From assembly GCA_963664395.2 (NCBI GenBank), contig OY761159.2:1280001-1344000 (forward strand): a stretch of 64,000 bases of DNA. The letters run 5' to 3'. Under the pieces are notes generated by a model. The model was not told the origin of the DNA. It saw only the letters and a list, made by a program, of their open reading frames with translations, and ran no database searches. Source of the DNA: Candidatus Binatia bacterium (GTDB lineage: Bacteria > Desulfobacterota > Binatia > Bin18). Of the stretch, positions 48,366-58,047 are shown in pieces (the stretch's first letter is position 1; every line of letters begins with the position of its first letter). A program made the position numbers and the translations under genes.

Positions 48366-49313
48366 ATGTCAGTCTTTACGCTTGCCCATTTATCAGATCT
48401 GCACGTCACACCGATCCGTGTCCGGCGGCCTGTGGACTTTCTGAATAAGCGCCTCTTAGGTGCCTTGTCGTGGTCCCTGCGGCGACGAAAGGAATATCGG
48501 CCCGAAGTCCTGGCCGCGCTGGTCAAGGATTTACACACTCAGGGACCCGACCATGTGGTCATTACCGGCGACCTCACCAATGTGGCGCTGCAAGACGAGT
48601 TCTCGGCCTCACTCCCGTGGTTGCAAAAACTTGGCGGCCCACAGCACGTTTCCGTTATCCCAGGGAACCATGACACCTACACGCGCCAGAGCGAATCTTC
48701 CCCATGGACGTATTGGGGCGAATACATGCGCTCTCGTACCCCAGCGGATACGGGGTCAGACACGCCGGGGCTTCCTTCAGGGTTTCCGGCAACCGAGTTT
48801 CCGACCCTCCGCACCTGTGGACCAATCGCCATCGTCGGGGTCTCAACAGCGCGGGCAACCGCACCATTTCACGCCTCAGGAACGATAGGAGAGACCCAAC
48901 TGGGCCGACTTGAACAGCTCCTCAGGGCGTTGGCAAAAACTCCCTTGGGTCGGGTCGTGCTCATTCACCATCCTCCGCAAAACATCGCCCTGTCTGCCCG
49001 CCGTCGGCTCACTGACGCAGCTGCCTTTCGGGCCGTGCTCGCCACAGCCGGCGCAGAGCTTATTCTGCACGGCCATATTCACAGAACGGTCACAGCGAGT
49101 ATCCCCGGACCCTACGGGCCGATTCCCGTTGTTGGGGTCCGCGCCTCATCAGCGATTGGCCGGCGGCCGCATCGACGTTCGCGCTATCATCTGTATCGAA
49201 TCGAGCCACAAGGCGCGGTGAATGGACGAAGGCGTTTTCAGATCACCTTGACCTCTCGGGCCTATAACCCGAAGGATACCAGCTTCCAACACTATGACGA
49301 ACAGAGTCTCTAG
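48366..49313 (+). CDS. Calcineurin-like metallophosphoesterase
   Basis: HLSDLH, TGDLT, PGNHD, HHPP, HGHIH. Confidence 0.9.
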   Translation: MSVFTLAHLSDLHVTPIRVRRPVDFLNKRLLGALSWSLRRRKEYRPEVLAALVKDLHTQGPDHVVITGDLTNVALQDEFSASLPWLQKLGGPQHVSVIPGNHDTYTRQSESSPWTYWGEYMRSRTPADTGSDTPGLPSGFPATEFPTLRTCGPIAIVGVSTARATAPFHASGTIGETQLGRLEQLLRALAKTPLGRVVLIHHPPQNIALSARRRLTDAAAFRAVLATAGAELILHGHIHRTVTASIPGPYGPIPVVGVRASSAIGRRPHRRSRYHLYRIEPQGAVNGRRRFQITLTSRAYNPKDTSFQHYDEQSL

Positions 49314-49388
49314 CAACACTTTACGCTTGACTCATCCACCAGCCAGGAGCTAGAAGCAGAGCAGCATCTGATAACAGAGTGTGTGATT

Positions 49389-50423
49389 ATGAAGAAACGC
49401 CAATCCTTGTTTCTCCTGTTCTTTCTTGGTCTCTTGAGCCCAGTGTTCAGCCCTCAGCTTGCCCATACGGTGCCAGTCGCCGAGGAGGTGCTCTCGGCCA
49501 TGGTGACGGTCCATGCGGAGGTACCGGCCAGTGCGCGTACCGCCCAATTTCTCGGTGAGCAACGGATCGGGAGTGGTGTGATCATCGATACGGAGGGCCA
49601 CATTCTCACCATCGGCTATTTAGTCATGGAAGCACACAGGGTTGAGGTCACTGGTCTGGATGGCAAACGCGTCCGGGCCACTGTTGTCGCTCATGACACG
49701 CAAACCGGCTTTGGCCTCTTGCGCGCGAACGAGCCGCTCAATGCCACCCCCATGCCGTTCGGCACGTCAGCTGACCTGACTGAACGAACAGAAGTCATCA
49801 TTGCCAGCGACAGCACTGCGGCGTCGGTGCGCCCGACTCTGGTGACCTCACGGCGGGAATTTGCCGGCTATTGGGAATACCTACTCGAAGACGCCATTTT
49901 CACCGCGCCGCCGCATCCCCGCTATGCCGGCGCCGCGCTGATTGGACCGGACGGCAAGCTGCTGGGCATCGGCTCGCTCTTGGTCAATGATGCCCTCCCG
50001 GGCAGAGGGTCTTTAACCGGGAATATGTTTGTTCCTATTGACCATCTCAAACCCATTCTTACAGACCTGATTCGCACCGGCCGCACCAGGGCAGCGCCTC
50101 GGCCCTGGCTCGGACTCTTTACCGAGGAATTCCGCGACAAGCTTGTTATCATGTTTGTGGCACCAGACGGACCAGCGGAGCAAGCAGGGGTGCGGGAAAA
50201 CGATTTGATCCTCAAGGTTGCCGGCCAGCCGGTCACCGATCAGGCTGACTTCTATCGAAAGGTGTGGGCGGTTGGGGAGGCGGGTGCCGATATCACCCTC
50301 ACTCTCCTCCAGGGGACAGTGATCACAGACATTACGGTGCGCTCTTCGGACAGGGGACAGTATTTTCGTACAGTTCCTGACCCGAAAAAGCCGGACACCG
50401 CAGAAGCGCTCCAGGCGACCTAG
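49389..50423 (+). CDS. S1C/HtrA-like protein with PDZ domain, catalytic residues altered
   Basis: GSGVII, LTIGYLV, YAGAALI, RPWLG, GPAEQAGV. Confidence 0.85.
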   Translation: MKKRQSLFLLFFLGLLSPVFSPQLAHTVPVAEEVLSAMVTVHAEVPASARTAQFLGEQRIGSGVIIDTEGHILTIGYLVMEAHRVEVTGLDGKRVRATVVAHDTQTGFGLLRANEPLNATPMPFGTSADLTERTEVIIASDSTAASVRPTLVTSRREFAGYWEYLLEDAIFTAPPHPRYAGAALIGPDGKLLGIGSLLVNDALPGRGSLTGNMFVPIDHLKPILTDLIRTGRTRAAPRPWLGLFTEEFRDKLVIMFVAPDGPAEQAGVRENDLILKVAGQPVTDQADFYRKVWAVGEAGADITLTLLQGTVITDITVRSSDRGQYFRTVPDPKKPDTAEALQAT

Positions 50424-50542
50424 AGACCTAGCCCGCGCCCCTTCTCCCCTCTCTATTACGAGCACGGCTCTGGAGGAGAGTGATCCCTTCGCTTGTTATC
50501 GATTAGTGGTGAGCCTTGGGTTTCCCTCTATGGCTTGAGGTA

Positions 50543-51238
50543 CTACTGGAAGTGTCGTTCGAGTTCGGCTCTGTCGGCAAGGGCCGTGTCCACGATCTCC
50601 TGGCTGTGGGAGCCGGGGGTAAGCGGGGCGTCGAAACGGAACCGGAGCCGGCCTTTGAAGAGGGGCGGCAGGAAACCAGTCTGCATCAGTTCCGCGCGTT
50701 CGAGGCGCAGGCCGGTTGCGGTCTGGCGGACTCGGATGCGCCTCAGGGAATACTCTTTCTCTTTCACATGAATATAGGTGACGAACCCTGGCGGGTGCCG
50801 CAAGGCGTCAATGTCCTGATAGCTGCCAGTTGGAAGCTGCTCGGGCAGCACGAAAAAGTGCTGGGCAGTACAGTACAGGCAGGGAGCGGCGCCTGCCTGC
50901 CGCCGGGCCATCGTCGTCGCACCTGAACGCTCGGCGGTGACCAGGACCTCCGCCAGAGTACCCTCCCGCCATTGCGGCGGCACCGACACGTGAGGCGGCG
51001 GTGGCGGTATTTGCCGAACGATCGCATACACAGCCAGGGTATCTTGGCCCTGAGCCGGATAGACACCCCACAGAGCGTCAGAGGCGGCCAGCGCAGACAC
51101 CACGAACACCGTCAGCGCCACCATCGTCGCCAAAGCCGCTCGCCGCAGCCGACGCCAGTACCGCCCATTTAGTCCCGGGCCTGACGGCATTCGACCATGG
51201 TGGTGATGAATCCGTCGCACGGTTCGGCTCAAGCGCAC
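50543..51238 (-). CDS. Hypothetical exported protein
   Basis: Arg-rich then hydrophobic signal ending ALA; follows the upstream gene by 9 bp. Confidence 0.55.
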   Translation of the reverse strand: MRLSRTVRRIHHHHGRMPSGPGLNGRYWRRLRRAALATMVALTVFVVSALAASDALWGVYPAQGQDTLAVYAIVRQIPPPPPHVSVPPQWREGTLAEVLVTAERSGATTMARRQAGAAPCLYCTAQHFFVLPEQLPTGSYQDIDALRHPPGFVTYIHVKEKEYSLRRIRVRQTATGLRLERAELMQTGFLPPLFKGRLRFRFDAPLTPGSHSQEIVDTALADRAELERHFQ

Positions 51239-51247
51239 AGCACCCCC

Positions 51248-51964
51248 CTAATCATTCTGGAAGGCGGCCATCACCGCTGCCGTGTCATACGCCTCACGAT
51301 AATGTGTGACCACCCCATGCAGCAGGGTCCAGGCGGCCATGACGGCCACCTCGTAGCTTTTTCCGGTTGCCTTCACCCGGCTGCGTTCCTCACACATCAC
51401 GATTACCCGGTTGCCCTGCGCGATGAATTCTTTGGGAATAAGTTGTTCGACCTCTATCGCTTTTCCGCGCGTGGCAAACCACTGTGCGACCTGCCCACGC
51501 CCGCGGACTGTTCCGGCCCAGGGAATCGCCTCAGGTCCGGGCGACTGCCATTCTACATCTTCAGAGAGAGAGGGCAGAATAGGTGTCAAATCGCCTTTTT
51601 CTCCAGGCATCAGGAGATGAGTATAAATCTGGCGGACGATCCGGACATTGTCCGGCTTAGGTTCCTTGCGGGGTTTTATCTTGTCCTTTGAGATCGCCCA
51701 GGCGGCGGTAAAGGTATCGAGGACAGGGCCGTAAAACACATTTTCCGTTTTTCGGCGTAACACTTCCGGGTCATTCTCTACAGCGTGGCTCTTGTCAGGC
51801 TGGGTGTCCGGAGTGGACTGTGTTCCAGCCTGGTCCATCGTTTCTGCTGCTTTCTTTTTACGCTGCGAGACCGCCCAAGCCGCGGTAAAGGTATCAAACG
51901 CCGGGGAGCTGAACGGCTGCCCTGTCTGCTCCAGCATTTCTTCAAGGTCTTTCTTCTCTGCCAT
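51248..51964 (-). CDS. NTF2/SnoaL-like protein with duplicated N-terminal motif
   Basis: LSEDVEW, PWAGTVRGR, FIAQGNRV, YDTA; P..DTFTAAWA.S occurs twice. Confidence 0.8.
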   Translation of the reverse strand: MAEKKDLEEMLEQTGQPFSSPAFDTFTAAWAVSQRKKKAAETMDQAGTQSTPDTQPDKSHAVENDPEVLRRKTENVFYGPVLDTFTAAWAISKDKIKPRKEPKPDNVRIVRQIYTHLLMPGEKGDLTPILPSLSEDVEWQSPGPEAIPWAGTVRGRGQVAQWFATRGKAIEVEQLIPKEFIAQGNRVIVMCEERSRVKATGKSYEVAVMAAWTLLHGVVTHYREAYDTAAVMAAFQND

Positions 51965-52784
51965 ATGCTGTATCCTTTACCCGTTTTGCCAGAATCCGTT
52001 CAACCGTCACCAGGTCAGCGGGGGTGTCCACATCAATAGCAGCTTCTGCAAATGGCAGCTCGACAATGCCGACCTGTGCCCCCAGTACACGAGAAGCCTG
52101 GGCAATAGCAGTGGGACGATCGAGCCGACGCAAGAGGAAACGCAGCAGGTTCCCCAGCCCAAACTCACGCACGAGCCGCCAGGGCCGCTTCCGAAACTGC
52201 CCAGCCCGCACCCAAAACCGGACCGCACTGGCCGCCTGTGGGGTACGCAGTAGAAAGAGATTCGTTCCACCCAGGCTCTCATCTGCCAGGGGCAGAAACG
52301 TGCGCCGTGACTCGGGATAATGCGCGCGAAAGAGTGAAGCAGAGACCACCCCAACAACGACATCGGCATCGATTCGTTGGGCCGCCGTACAGAAATACTC
52401 AACCATGACGGGAGAGAGCAGCGCATGATCAGCCGTTGTCACCAGCACAGGACCATCAGCCCGCTGCGCTTCAAAGTAATCCAGCACGCTCGCTGCCGGA
52501 GAGTGTTGACTCGCGTGAAACGCGATATCCCCTGCTTCAGCACAGTCAGCCAATACTGAAGCATCGTCAATACTGACCACAATGCTCTGCACCAGCGGGG
52601 CAGCACGGAGGCTGTTGAGCACCCGCGCAATCATCGGAACTCCAGCAACAGCGATACAGGCTTTGTGACTCTGACCCGCAGCGTGGGCCAAGATATCCTT
52701 CGGCCCGCGTCGTCCGGCGAGAATCAATGCCGTGACAGGAAGAAGGATGCTCTCCTCTGTCCTCTGAGCTGCTGCGCTGGTCAC
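51942..52784 (-). CDS. MobA-like NTP-transferase
   Basis: ALILAGRR, HKACI..AGVPMI, TTADHALL, AAIDVD..DL. Confidence 0.85.
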   Translation of the reverse strand: MTSAAAQRTEESILLPVTALILAGRRGPKDILAHAAGQSHKACIAVAGVPMIARVLNSLRAAPLVQSIVVSIDDASVLADCAEAGDIAFHASQHSPAASVLDYFEAQRADGPVLVTTADHALLSPVMVEYFCTAAQRIDADVVVGVVSASLFRAHYPESRRTFLPLADESLGGTNLFLLRTPQAASAVRFWVRAGQFRKRPWRLVREFGLGNLLRFLLRRLDRPTAIAQASRVLGAQVGIVELPFAEAAIDVDTPADLVTVERILAKRVKDTAYGREERP

Positions 52785-52936
52785 GTCGGCATTGTAGACG
52801 GCGGAGAGAACGATGCAATTCCTGTTTTGTAGAGAGAGTGTCTGGGACCCAGCCGACCAGTAGACGACGCGTCACCCCCCTTTTCCCCTTATCGCCACCC
52901 GGCTAGACTACCCAGCACTCAGAGGAGGGATATTTT

Positions 52937-54193
52937 TTGCGTATCTGGATTGACGCGACGAGTCCGAGCAGCCGATTACGGATCTTCGGCATGACGCTAC
53001 TCGAACGACAGCTGCACACGCTTCTTGAGGCCGGCCTGGAACCGGCAGAGGTATATGTCCAGCTCGCCTCTGAGACGACCGATTTGCCTGCACTTCTCCC
53101 CGCGTCTCTTGTCCGGAAACTTCCGATCCAGTGGGGTCATGTCTATCGAACAATAGTGGAATATCGGACCAGTCTGCCTAATGACACGCGCGACGACCCT
53201 TTGCTCGTCCTGGAGGCCAGTGCAGTTATTGACAGTCGGCTCCTCCGCCATCTTACGGCACTGCCTGGTTCCTGGGTGGCACGTGGGGAAGTGGGCGCAG
53301 AGCAGACCGCAGCCTTGCGCCTGGAAGGAGACGTTCTGCTTCCAAATTCAATAGGTGCAACCGGTTTCTCCCTGCCGGATCTTGCGCAAAAAAGCCTACA
53401 ACAAGGAAGCGTACAAGAGTTAGTCCTGACTGACGTTCCATCCTACATTCGAAAGCTGCGGCGCGACCTCCCCGTCTATCTGTTTCGTATTGTGGACCCA
53501 GCCAGCCGGGACCGGGCGGAACGCTTTCTGTTTTGGTCCAACTACAAGGGCTCAACCGACTTCTTTACCAAATATATCTACCCACCCTTAGTCTGGCGAG
53601 CCGTCCATCCACTGGCGCGCTGGCGCGTCCAGCCCAATAGCATCTCGCTGTTTAATGTCTGCATTACCTTCCTGGCCGTGCCCCTCTTTGCGCAGGGCTA
53701 TTGGGCGACAGCCTTTACACTCGCGTATACGATGAGTGTGCTGGATTCCGTTGACGGCAAGTTAGCCCGCCTGACCTTCAGCGCATCCAAGCTGGGCAAT
53801 ATTCTGGATCACGGCTTGGACATCGTCCATCCGCCGTTGTGGTATTTTGCCTGGGCGTGGGCCTTGCGTGCGGAAGTTACAGCCGCCCCGGTGATGCAGC
53901 TTGCAGTCTGGATGGCCGTCTTTTATGTTGCGGACCGTATTGTCGCCGGTCTGTTCAGGGCGCGGGTCGGTCAGTCCATTCATGGTTGTACGCCGTTTGA
54001 TGAGCGTATGCGGACTTTCATTTCGCGGCGCAACATCAATGTGCCCGTCTTTATGCTCGGTCTCCTGCTGGGCATCCCTATTCCGACTTTTGTCGCGATC
54101 GTGGTGTGGCAGGTCATCTCTCTCCTCTTTCACTCGCTACGCTTGGTGCAGTTCTGGAACGGGAAGCCTGAACTCGGAACAGTGGAACCGTAA
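52937..54193 (+). CDS. CDP-alcohol phosphatidyltransferase (CpgA-like, copy 2)
   Basis: YKGSTDFFTKYIYP, LDSVDGKLAR..SKLG..LDHGLD, SRRNIN. Confidence 0.85.
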   Translation: MRIWIDATSPSSRLRIFGMTLLERQLHTLLEAGLEPAEVYVQLASETTDLPALLPASLVRKLPIQWGHVYRTIVEYRTSLPNDTRDDPLLVLEASAVIDSRLLRHLTALPGSWVARGEVGAEQTAALRLEGDVLLPNSIGATGFSLPDLAQKSLQQGSVQELVLTDVPSYIRKLRRDLPVYLFRIVDPASRDRAERFLFWSNYKGSTDFFTKYIYPPLVWRAVHPLARWRVQPNSISLFNVCITFLAVPLFAQGYWATAFTLAYTMSVLDSVDGKLARLTFSASKLGNILDHGLDIVHPPLWYFAWAWALRAEVTAAPVMQLAVWMAVFYVADRIVAGLFRARVGQSIHGCTPFDERMRTFISRRNINVPVFMLGLLLGIPIPTFVAIVVWQVISLLFHSLRLVQFWNGKPELGTVEP

Positions 54194-54219
54194 TGCCCCA
54201 GTAGGGAGTTTCCCGACTC

Positions 54220-55962
54220 ATGCGTCTGCTCCTTGCCTTTGCCCGCGCCCATCCCGGCCGTAGTGCCCTCACGCTCGCCTGTCTGATTTTTGCGACCCTT
54301 GCCGAAGGGATCAGCTTCTCCGGCCTCCTTCCCCTCTTCGGTCTCGCCACACAGTCCCGGAGTACCACGCCGGCACCGGATACGCCCCCCACGGGCTTGG
54401 AGCAAGCCATCAGCACTACGCTCGCAACCTTCGGCCTCCAGCCGAATATCGGCCTGCTCTGCCTTATCATTGTCGGCGGCATGGTCCTCAAAGCCGCGTT
54501 TGTCCTGCTCGCGCAAAAGCAGGTGGGCTATACCGTCGCCCACGTGGCGACCGACCTGCGGCTTTCTCTGCTGCGCTCTCTCCTGGCCGCACGCTGGGAA
54601 TACTATGTCCGTCAGCCGGTGGGCGGCTTTGCCAATGCGTTTGCGACCGAAGCCAGTCGGGCCTCTGAGGCATACCTCCACGCGGTAACGATTATTGCCT
54701 TCAGTATCCAGGCCATCTTGTATATCGGCCTCGCCTTGGCCGTCTCCTGGCAGGCCACCCTGGCGGCCGCACTTTTTGGTCTGTTGATCGTCTTCGGATT
54801 ACATCGTCTCGTGCGTATGGCGCGGCGGGCCGGAGCCCGTCAAACCGCTCTGTTAAAGAGCATTCTCGGACAACTGACCGATGTGCTGTATGCGGTCAAG
54901 CCACTCAAGGCCATGGCCCGCGAGACGCAGATCGGTCCACTCCTCGAACATGGCACACGGCGCTTGCACCGCGCCCTCCAACGTGAGGTCTTGAGTAAAG
55001 AAGCGCTACGGGCCTTGCAGGACCCGCTGCTGATCGCCTGTCTGGTCGGTGGGCTGTACATCGCGTTGACGCGCTGGGCGTTGTCCCTCGACGCGGTGAT
55101 TATGCTCATCATCCTTTTTGGCCGGACCTTGAGCAGCCTGAACAAAGCGCAACGTCAGTACCAACGTATGGCGTCCCGGGATAGTGCCTATTGGTCCCTA
55201 CAGGACACTCTCCAGCAGTCAGATGTCGCCCGAGAAATCAACACCGGTACCCGCCAACCGTATCTCACCCAAGCCATTACGCTTCAAGACGTTAGCTTTG
55301 CGTATGCAGAGAAATCCATCCTTGACCGGGCATCGTGCACCCTTCCAGCGGGAGAAGTGACCCTTCTTCTCGGCCCCTCGGGAACAGGCAAAACGTCTAC
55401 GGTTGACCTGATTGCCGGCCTGCTGCGGCCCCACAGTGGCGCAGTACTCATTGACGGGGTCCCGCTTGATACGATTGATCTCAAAGCCTGGCGAAACACC
55501 ATCGGCTATGTGCCGCAAGAAATGCTGCTGCTCCACGAAAGTGTTTTTACCAATGTCACGCTAGGCGATACGGCGCTGACAGAGGCGGATGTGGAAGTGG
55601 CCTTGCGGGCGGCTGAGGCATGGGAGTTTGTGCAAAGCCTGCCGGACGGGATATTGACCGGGGTTGGCGAGCGCGGCGCCCGTTTGTCCGGTGGGCAGCG
55701 ACAACGTATTGCTATCGCGCGTGCCCTCGTCCACTCTCCTCAACTCCTCATTCTGGACGAAGCCACCACCGCGCTGGACCCGGACAGCGAGGCTGCCATT
55801 TGTCAGACCGTTCGGCGACTGCGCGGAACAATGACTATCCTGGCGATCTCCCACCAGCCTGCCTTATTGGACATTGCCGACCATGTCTATCGATTAGAGA
55901 ATGGCCATCTCAGACCAGTTGACTCAGCCGCTTCGCCTCACTCCGTACAGAAAATTGCGTAA
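54220..55962 (+). CDS. Fused ABC exporter (MsbA-like permease + ATPase)
   Basis: About 6 TMs; GPSGTGKT, LSGGQRQR, ILDEATTALD, SH. Confidence 0.92.
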   Translation: MRLLLAFARAHPGRSALTLACLIFATLAEGISFSGLLPLFGLATQSRSTTPAPDTPPTGLEQAISTTLATFGLQPNIGLLCLIIVGGMVLKAAFVLLAQKQVGYTVAHVATDLRLSLLRSLLAARWEYYVRQPVGGFANAFATEASRASEAYLHAVTIIAFSIQAILYIGLALAVSWQATLAAALFGLLIVFGLHRLVRMARRAGARQTALLKSILGQLTDVLYAVKPLKAMARETQIGPLLEHGTRRLHRALQREVLSKEALRALQDPLLIACLVGGLYIALTRWALSLDAVIMLIILFGRTLSSLNKAQRQYQRMASRDSAYWSLQDTLQQSDVAREINTGTRQPYLTQAITLQDVSFAYAEKSILDRASCTLPAGEVTLLLGPSGTGKTSTVDLIAGLLRPHSGAVLIDGVPLDTIDLKAWRNTIGYVPQEMLLLHESVFTNVTLGDTALTEADVEVALRAAEAWEFVQSLPDGILTGVGERGARLSGGQRQRIAIARALVHSPQLLILDEATTALDPDSEAAICQTVRRLRGTMTILAISHQPALLDIADHVYRLENGHLRPVDSAASPHSVQKIA

Positions 55963-55969
55963 AAGGCAT

Positions 55970-57208
55970 ATGGGTCAATCTATGGGCTCTTCGGGTTTTT
56001 CAACAACACTCCGCAAGAGAGTGGCTTCAATGCTGCGGACAGAACCGTACGCCATGCCGGGCACACCTGGGAATCTCGGCCACCAACCCGTGGTATGGGT
56101 CCTGACCTCACACAAGCCAGGACATACCACCCAAGTCCTTGGTTTGGCCAATGCGCTGGGGTGGCCGTTTATAGTGAAAACTGTACGCTTTCGTGGACAG
56201 ACGAATCTGCATAAGCGTCTAGCCGGAATACACCGCGCCACACGCTTTGGTATGGATACAACCCGCTCAGACCCGCTCAACCCACCCTGGCCCGACCTTA
56301 TTCTGACCGCCGGGTGGCGACCGGCACGGGTCGCACGCTGGATTCAGCAGCAGAGCGGAGGGCGGACCCGACTCGTGGTGCTCGGTCGCAAAGGGAGTCG
56401 TCCGCTCCAGCCAACAGACGTGAGTGTCGCTTGCGCCCACTTTCGCTTGCCCCCGCATCCCCGCCGGATCGAGACCCTCGCGCCGCTGGCCCATGTCAGT
56501 CCGGAACAGCTTCGTCAGGGAGCAGCGCAATGGCGACATCTGGCCCAAGACGCCCCACACCCTTGGATTATGCTCCTAGTCGGCGGCGCAACCGCTCGCT
56601 ATCAGCTTGATCCACAGATTGCACGAAAAATGGGAGAAGACGTCCACGCGTTTGCCGCAACCGTCAATGGCAAAGTCTTTGCGACCACCAGTCGCCGGAC
56701 AGGCACAGCCGTAACCGAAGCATTAATTACGGGACTCGGATCATCACACTTTGTGTACACCTGGCAGCCCCATCAGCGGGACAACCCTTATATGGGCTAT
56801 CTCGCGCTGGCCGATGTCTTAATCGTCACCGGTGAGAGTGAATCCATGCTGGCTGAGGCGGCGACCACTGACACACCGCTCTATATTTATCCCTTGCCGG
56901 AACGACCCAACGATATGGTGGGGCGCTGCAAGGAATGGGTACTCAAGCAGGCGCGGGCGGAACGGCGCAGCCCACGTGGCAGCGTCCGACCTCAGCGGGG
57001 CGTGTCTTATTTCTGTGCCCGCTTGATCGAACGCGGCGTTATCCAACCACGCCGGGATCTGCACGCATTGCACGAGGCGTTAGTGCAGCGGGATATCGCC
57101 CGTTTTTTTGGTGCCCCGGTCGACCTCTCCCCGCGTCCCACCCTGCGCGAGTTTGCAACCGTTGCCCAACAGGTTCGCCGCTTACTTGGATTTCACGTAC
57201 AGCCATGA
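55970..57208 (+). CDS. ELM1/GtrOC1-family putative glycosyltransferase
   Basis: KPGH..Q..GLA.ALG, PPWPDL, LLVGG, TTSRRT, NPYMGYLA.AD..VTGES.SMLAEA. Confidence 0.85.
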   Translation: MGQSMGSSGFSTTLRKRVASMLRTEPYAMPGTPGNLGHQPVVWVLTSHKPGHTTQVLGLANALGWPFIVKTVRFRGQTNLHKRLAGIHRATRFGMDTTRSDPLNPPWPDLILTAGWRPARVARWIQQQSGGRTRLVVLGRKGSRPLQPTDVSVACAHFRLPPHPRRIETLAPLAHVSPEQLRQGAAQWRHLAQDAPHPWIMLLVGGATARYQLDPQIARKMGEDVHAFAATVNGKVFATTSRRTGTAVTEALITGLGSSHFVYTWQPHQRDNPYMGYLALADVLIVTGESESMLAEAATTDTPLYIYPLPERPNDMVGRCKEWVLKQARAERRSPRGSVRPQRGVSYFCARLIERGVIQPRRDLHALHEALVQRDIARFFGAPVDLSPRPTLREFATVAQQVRRLLGFHVQP

Positions 57209-57984
57209 CCCCACTCGTTTTCCTGCGTCACGGCCAGAGCGTATGGAATCAGGCCCGTCGTTTCACCGGCTGGGCCGACGTTCCGCTCAGCCCAGATGGA
57301 CAACAGCAGGCCAGACGGGCCGCCCAACTCATCCGGGCTGGTGGATTTTCCTTTGATGTATGTTTTACCTCATGTTTACAGCGTGCGACAGACACGCTGC
57401 AGATTATCCTCACAGTCCTCAACCCTGAGCTCTCGCCACCCGCAGTCCATACGAGCTGGCGGTTAAATGAGCGGCATTACGGCGCGCTGCAAGGGCTCAA
57501 CCGACAAGACGTCGCTCAGCAGTACGGACACGAACAGGTTGTGGTCTGGCAGCAGCATTTTGATATTGCTCCGCCGGCCTTGGACCCGACCGACCCACGC
57601 TTCCCCGGACATGACCCTCGCTATGCCGACCTCACAGACCTTGAGCTGCCACGCACGGAAACGCTGAAAGATGTGCGAGCCCGGGTGCTGCCCTACTGGC
57701 ACGACGTCATTGTCCCGAAGATCAAGAACGGTCAGCGGATTTTCGTTGTGGCGCATGGCAACAGCCTGCGCGCCCTGACCACCTATCTGGATGGCGTGGC
57801 CGCAGAAGATATCCCACGGGTGAAACGTCCCCTGACGGGCGAACCCTTTGTATACGAGTTTGACCAGAACGCCGTCCCACGCCGGCACTATTCCCTCCGC
57901 CGGGCTCCAAAACTGCAACGCTGGCTGAAGACGAAGCTCGGACAGCGGCATTCCCGGTCAAAGGATCGTCCGGGGGTGGGATAG
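57205..57984 (+). CDS. gpmA: 2,3-bisphosphoglycerate-dependent phosphoglycerate mutase
   Basis: LRHGQSVWN..RFTGW.DV, WRLNERHYGALQGLN, AHGNSLRAL; ATGA overlap with the ELM1 gene. Confidence 0.9.
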   Translation: MTPLVFLRHGQSVWNQARRFTGWADVPLSPDGQQQARRAAQLIRAGGFSFDVCFTSCLQRATDTLQIILTVLNPELSPPAVHTSWRLNERHYGALQGLNRQDVAQQYGHEQVVVWQQHFDIAPPALDPTDPRFPGHDPRYADLTDLELPRTETLKDVRARVLPYWHDVIVPKIKNGQRIFVVAHGNSLRALTTYLDGVAAEDIPRVKRPLTGEPFVYEFDQNAVPRRHYSLRRAPKLQRWLKTKLGQRHSRSKDRPGVG

Positions 57985-58047
57985 GCACTCCGGCCCTGAT
58001 GGAATATCAAGCTTGGCAGCGGCAGTGGATGGAGTAGGATACATTGC

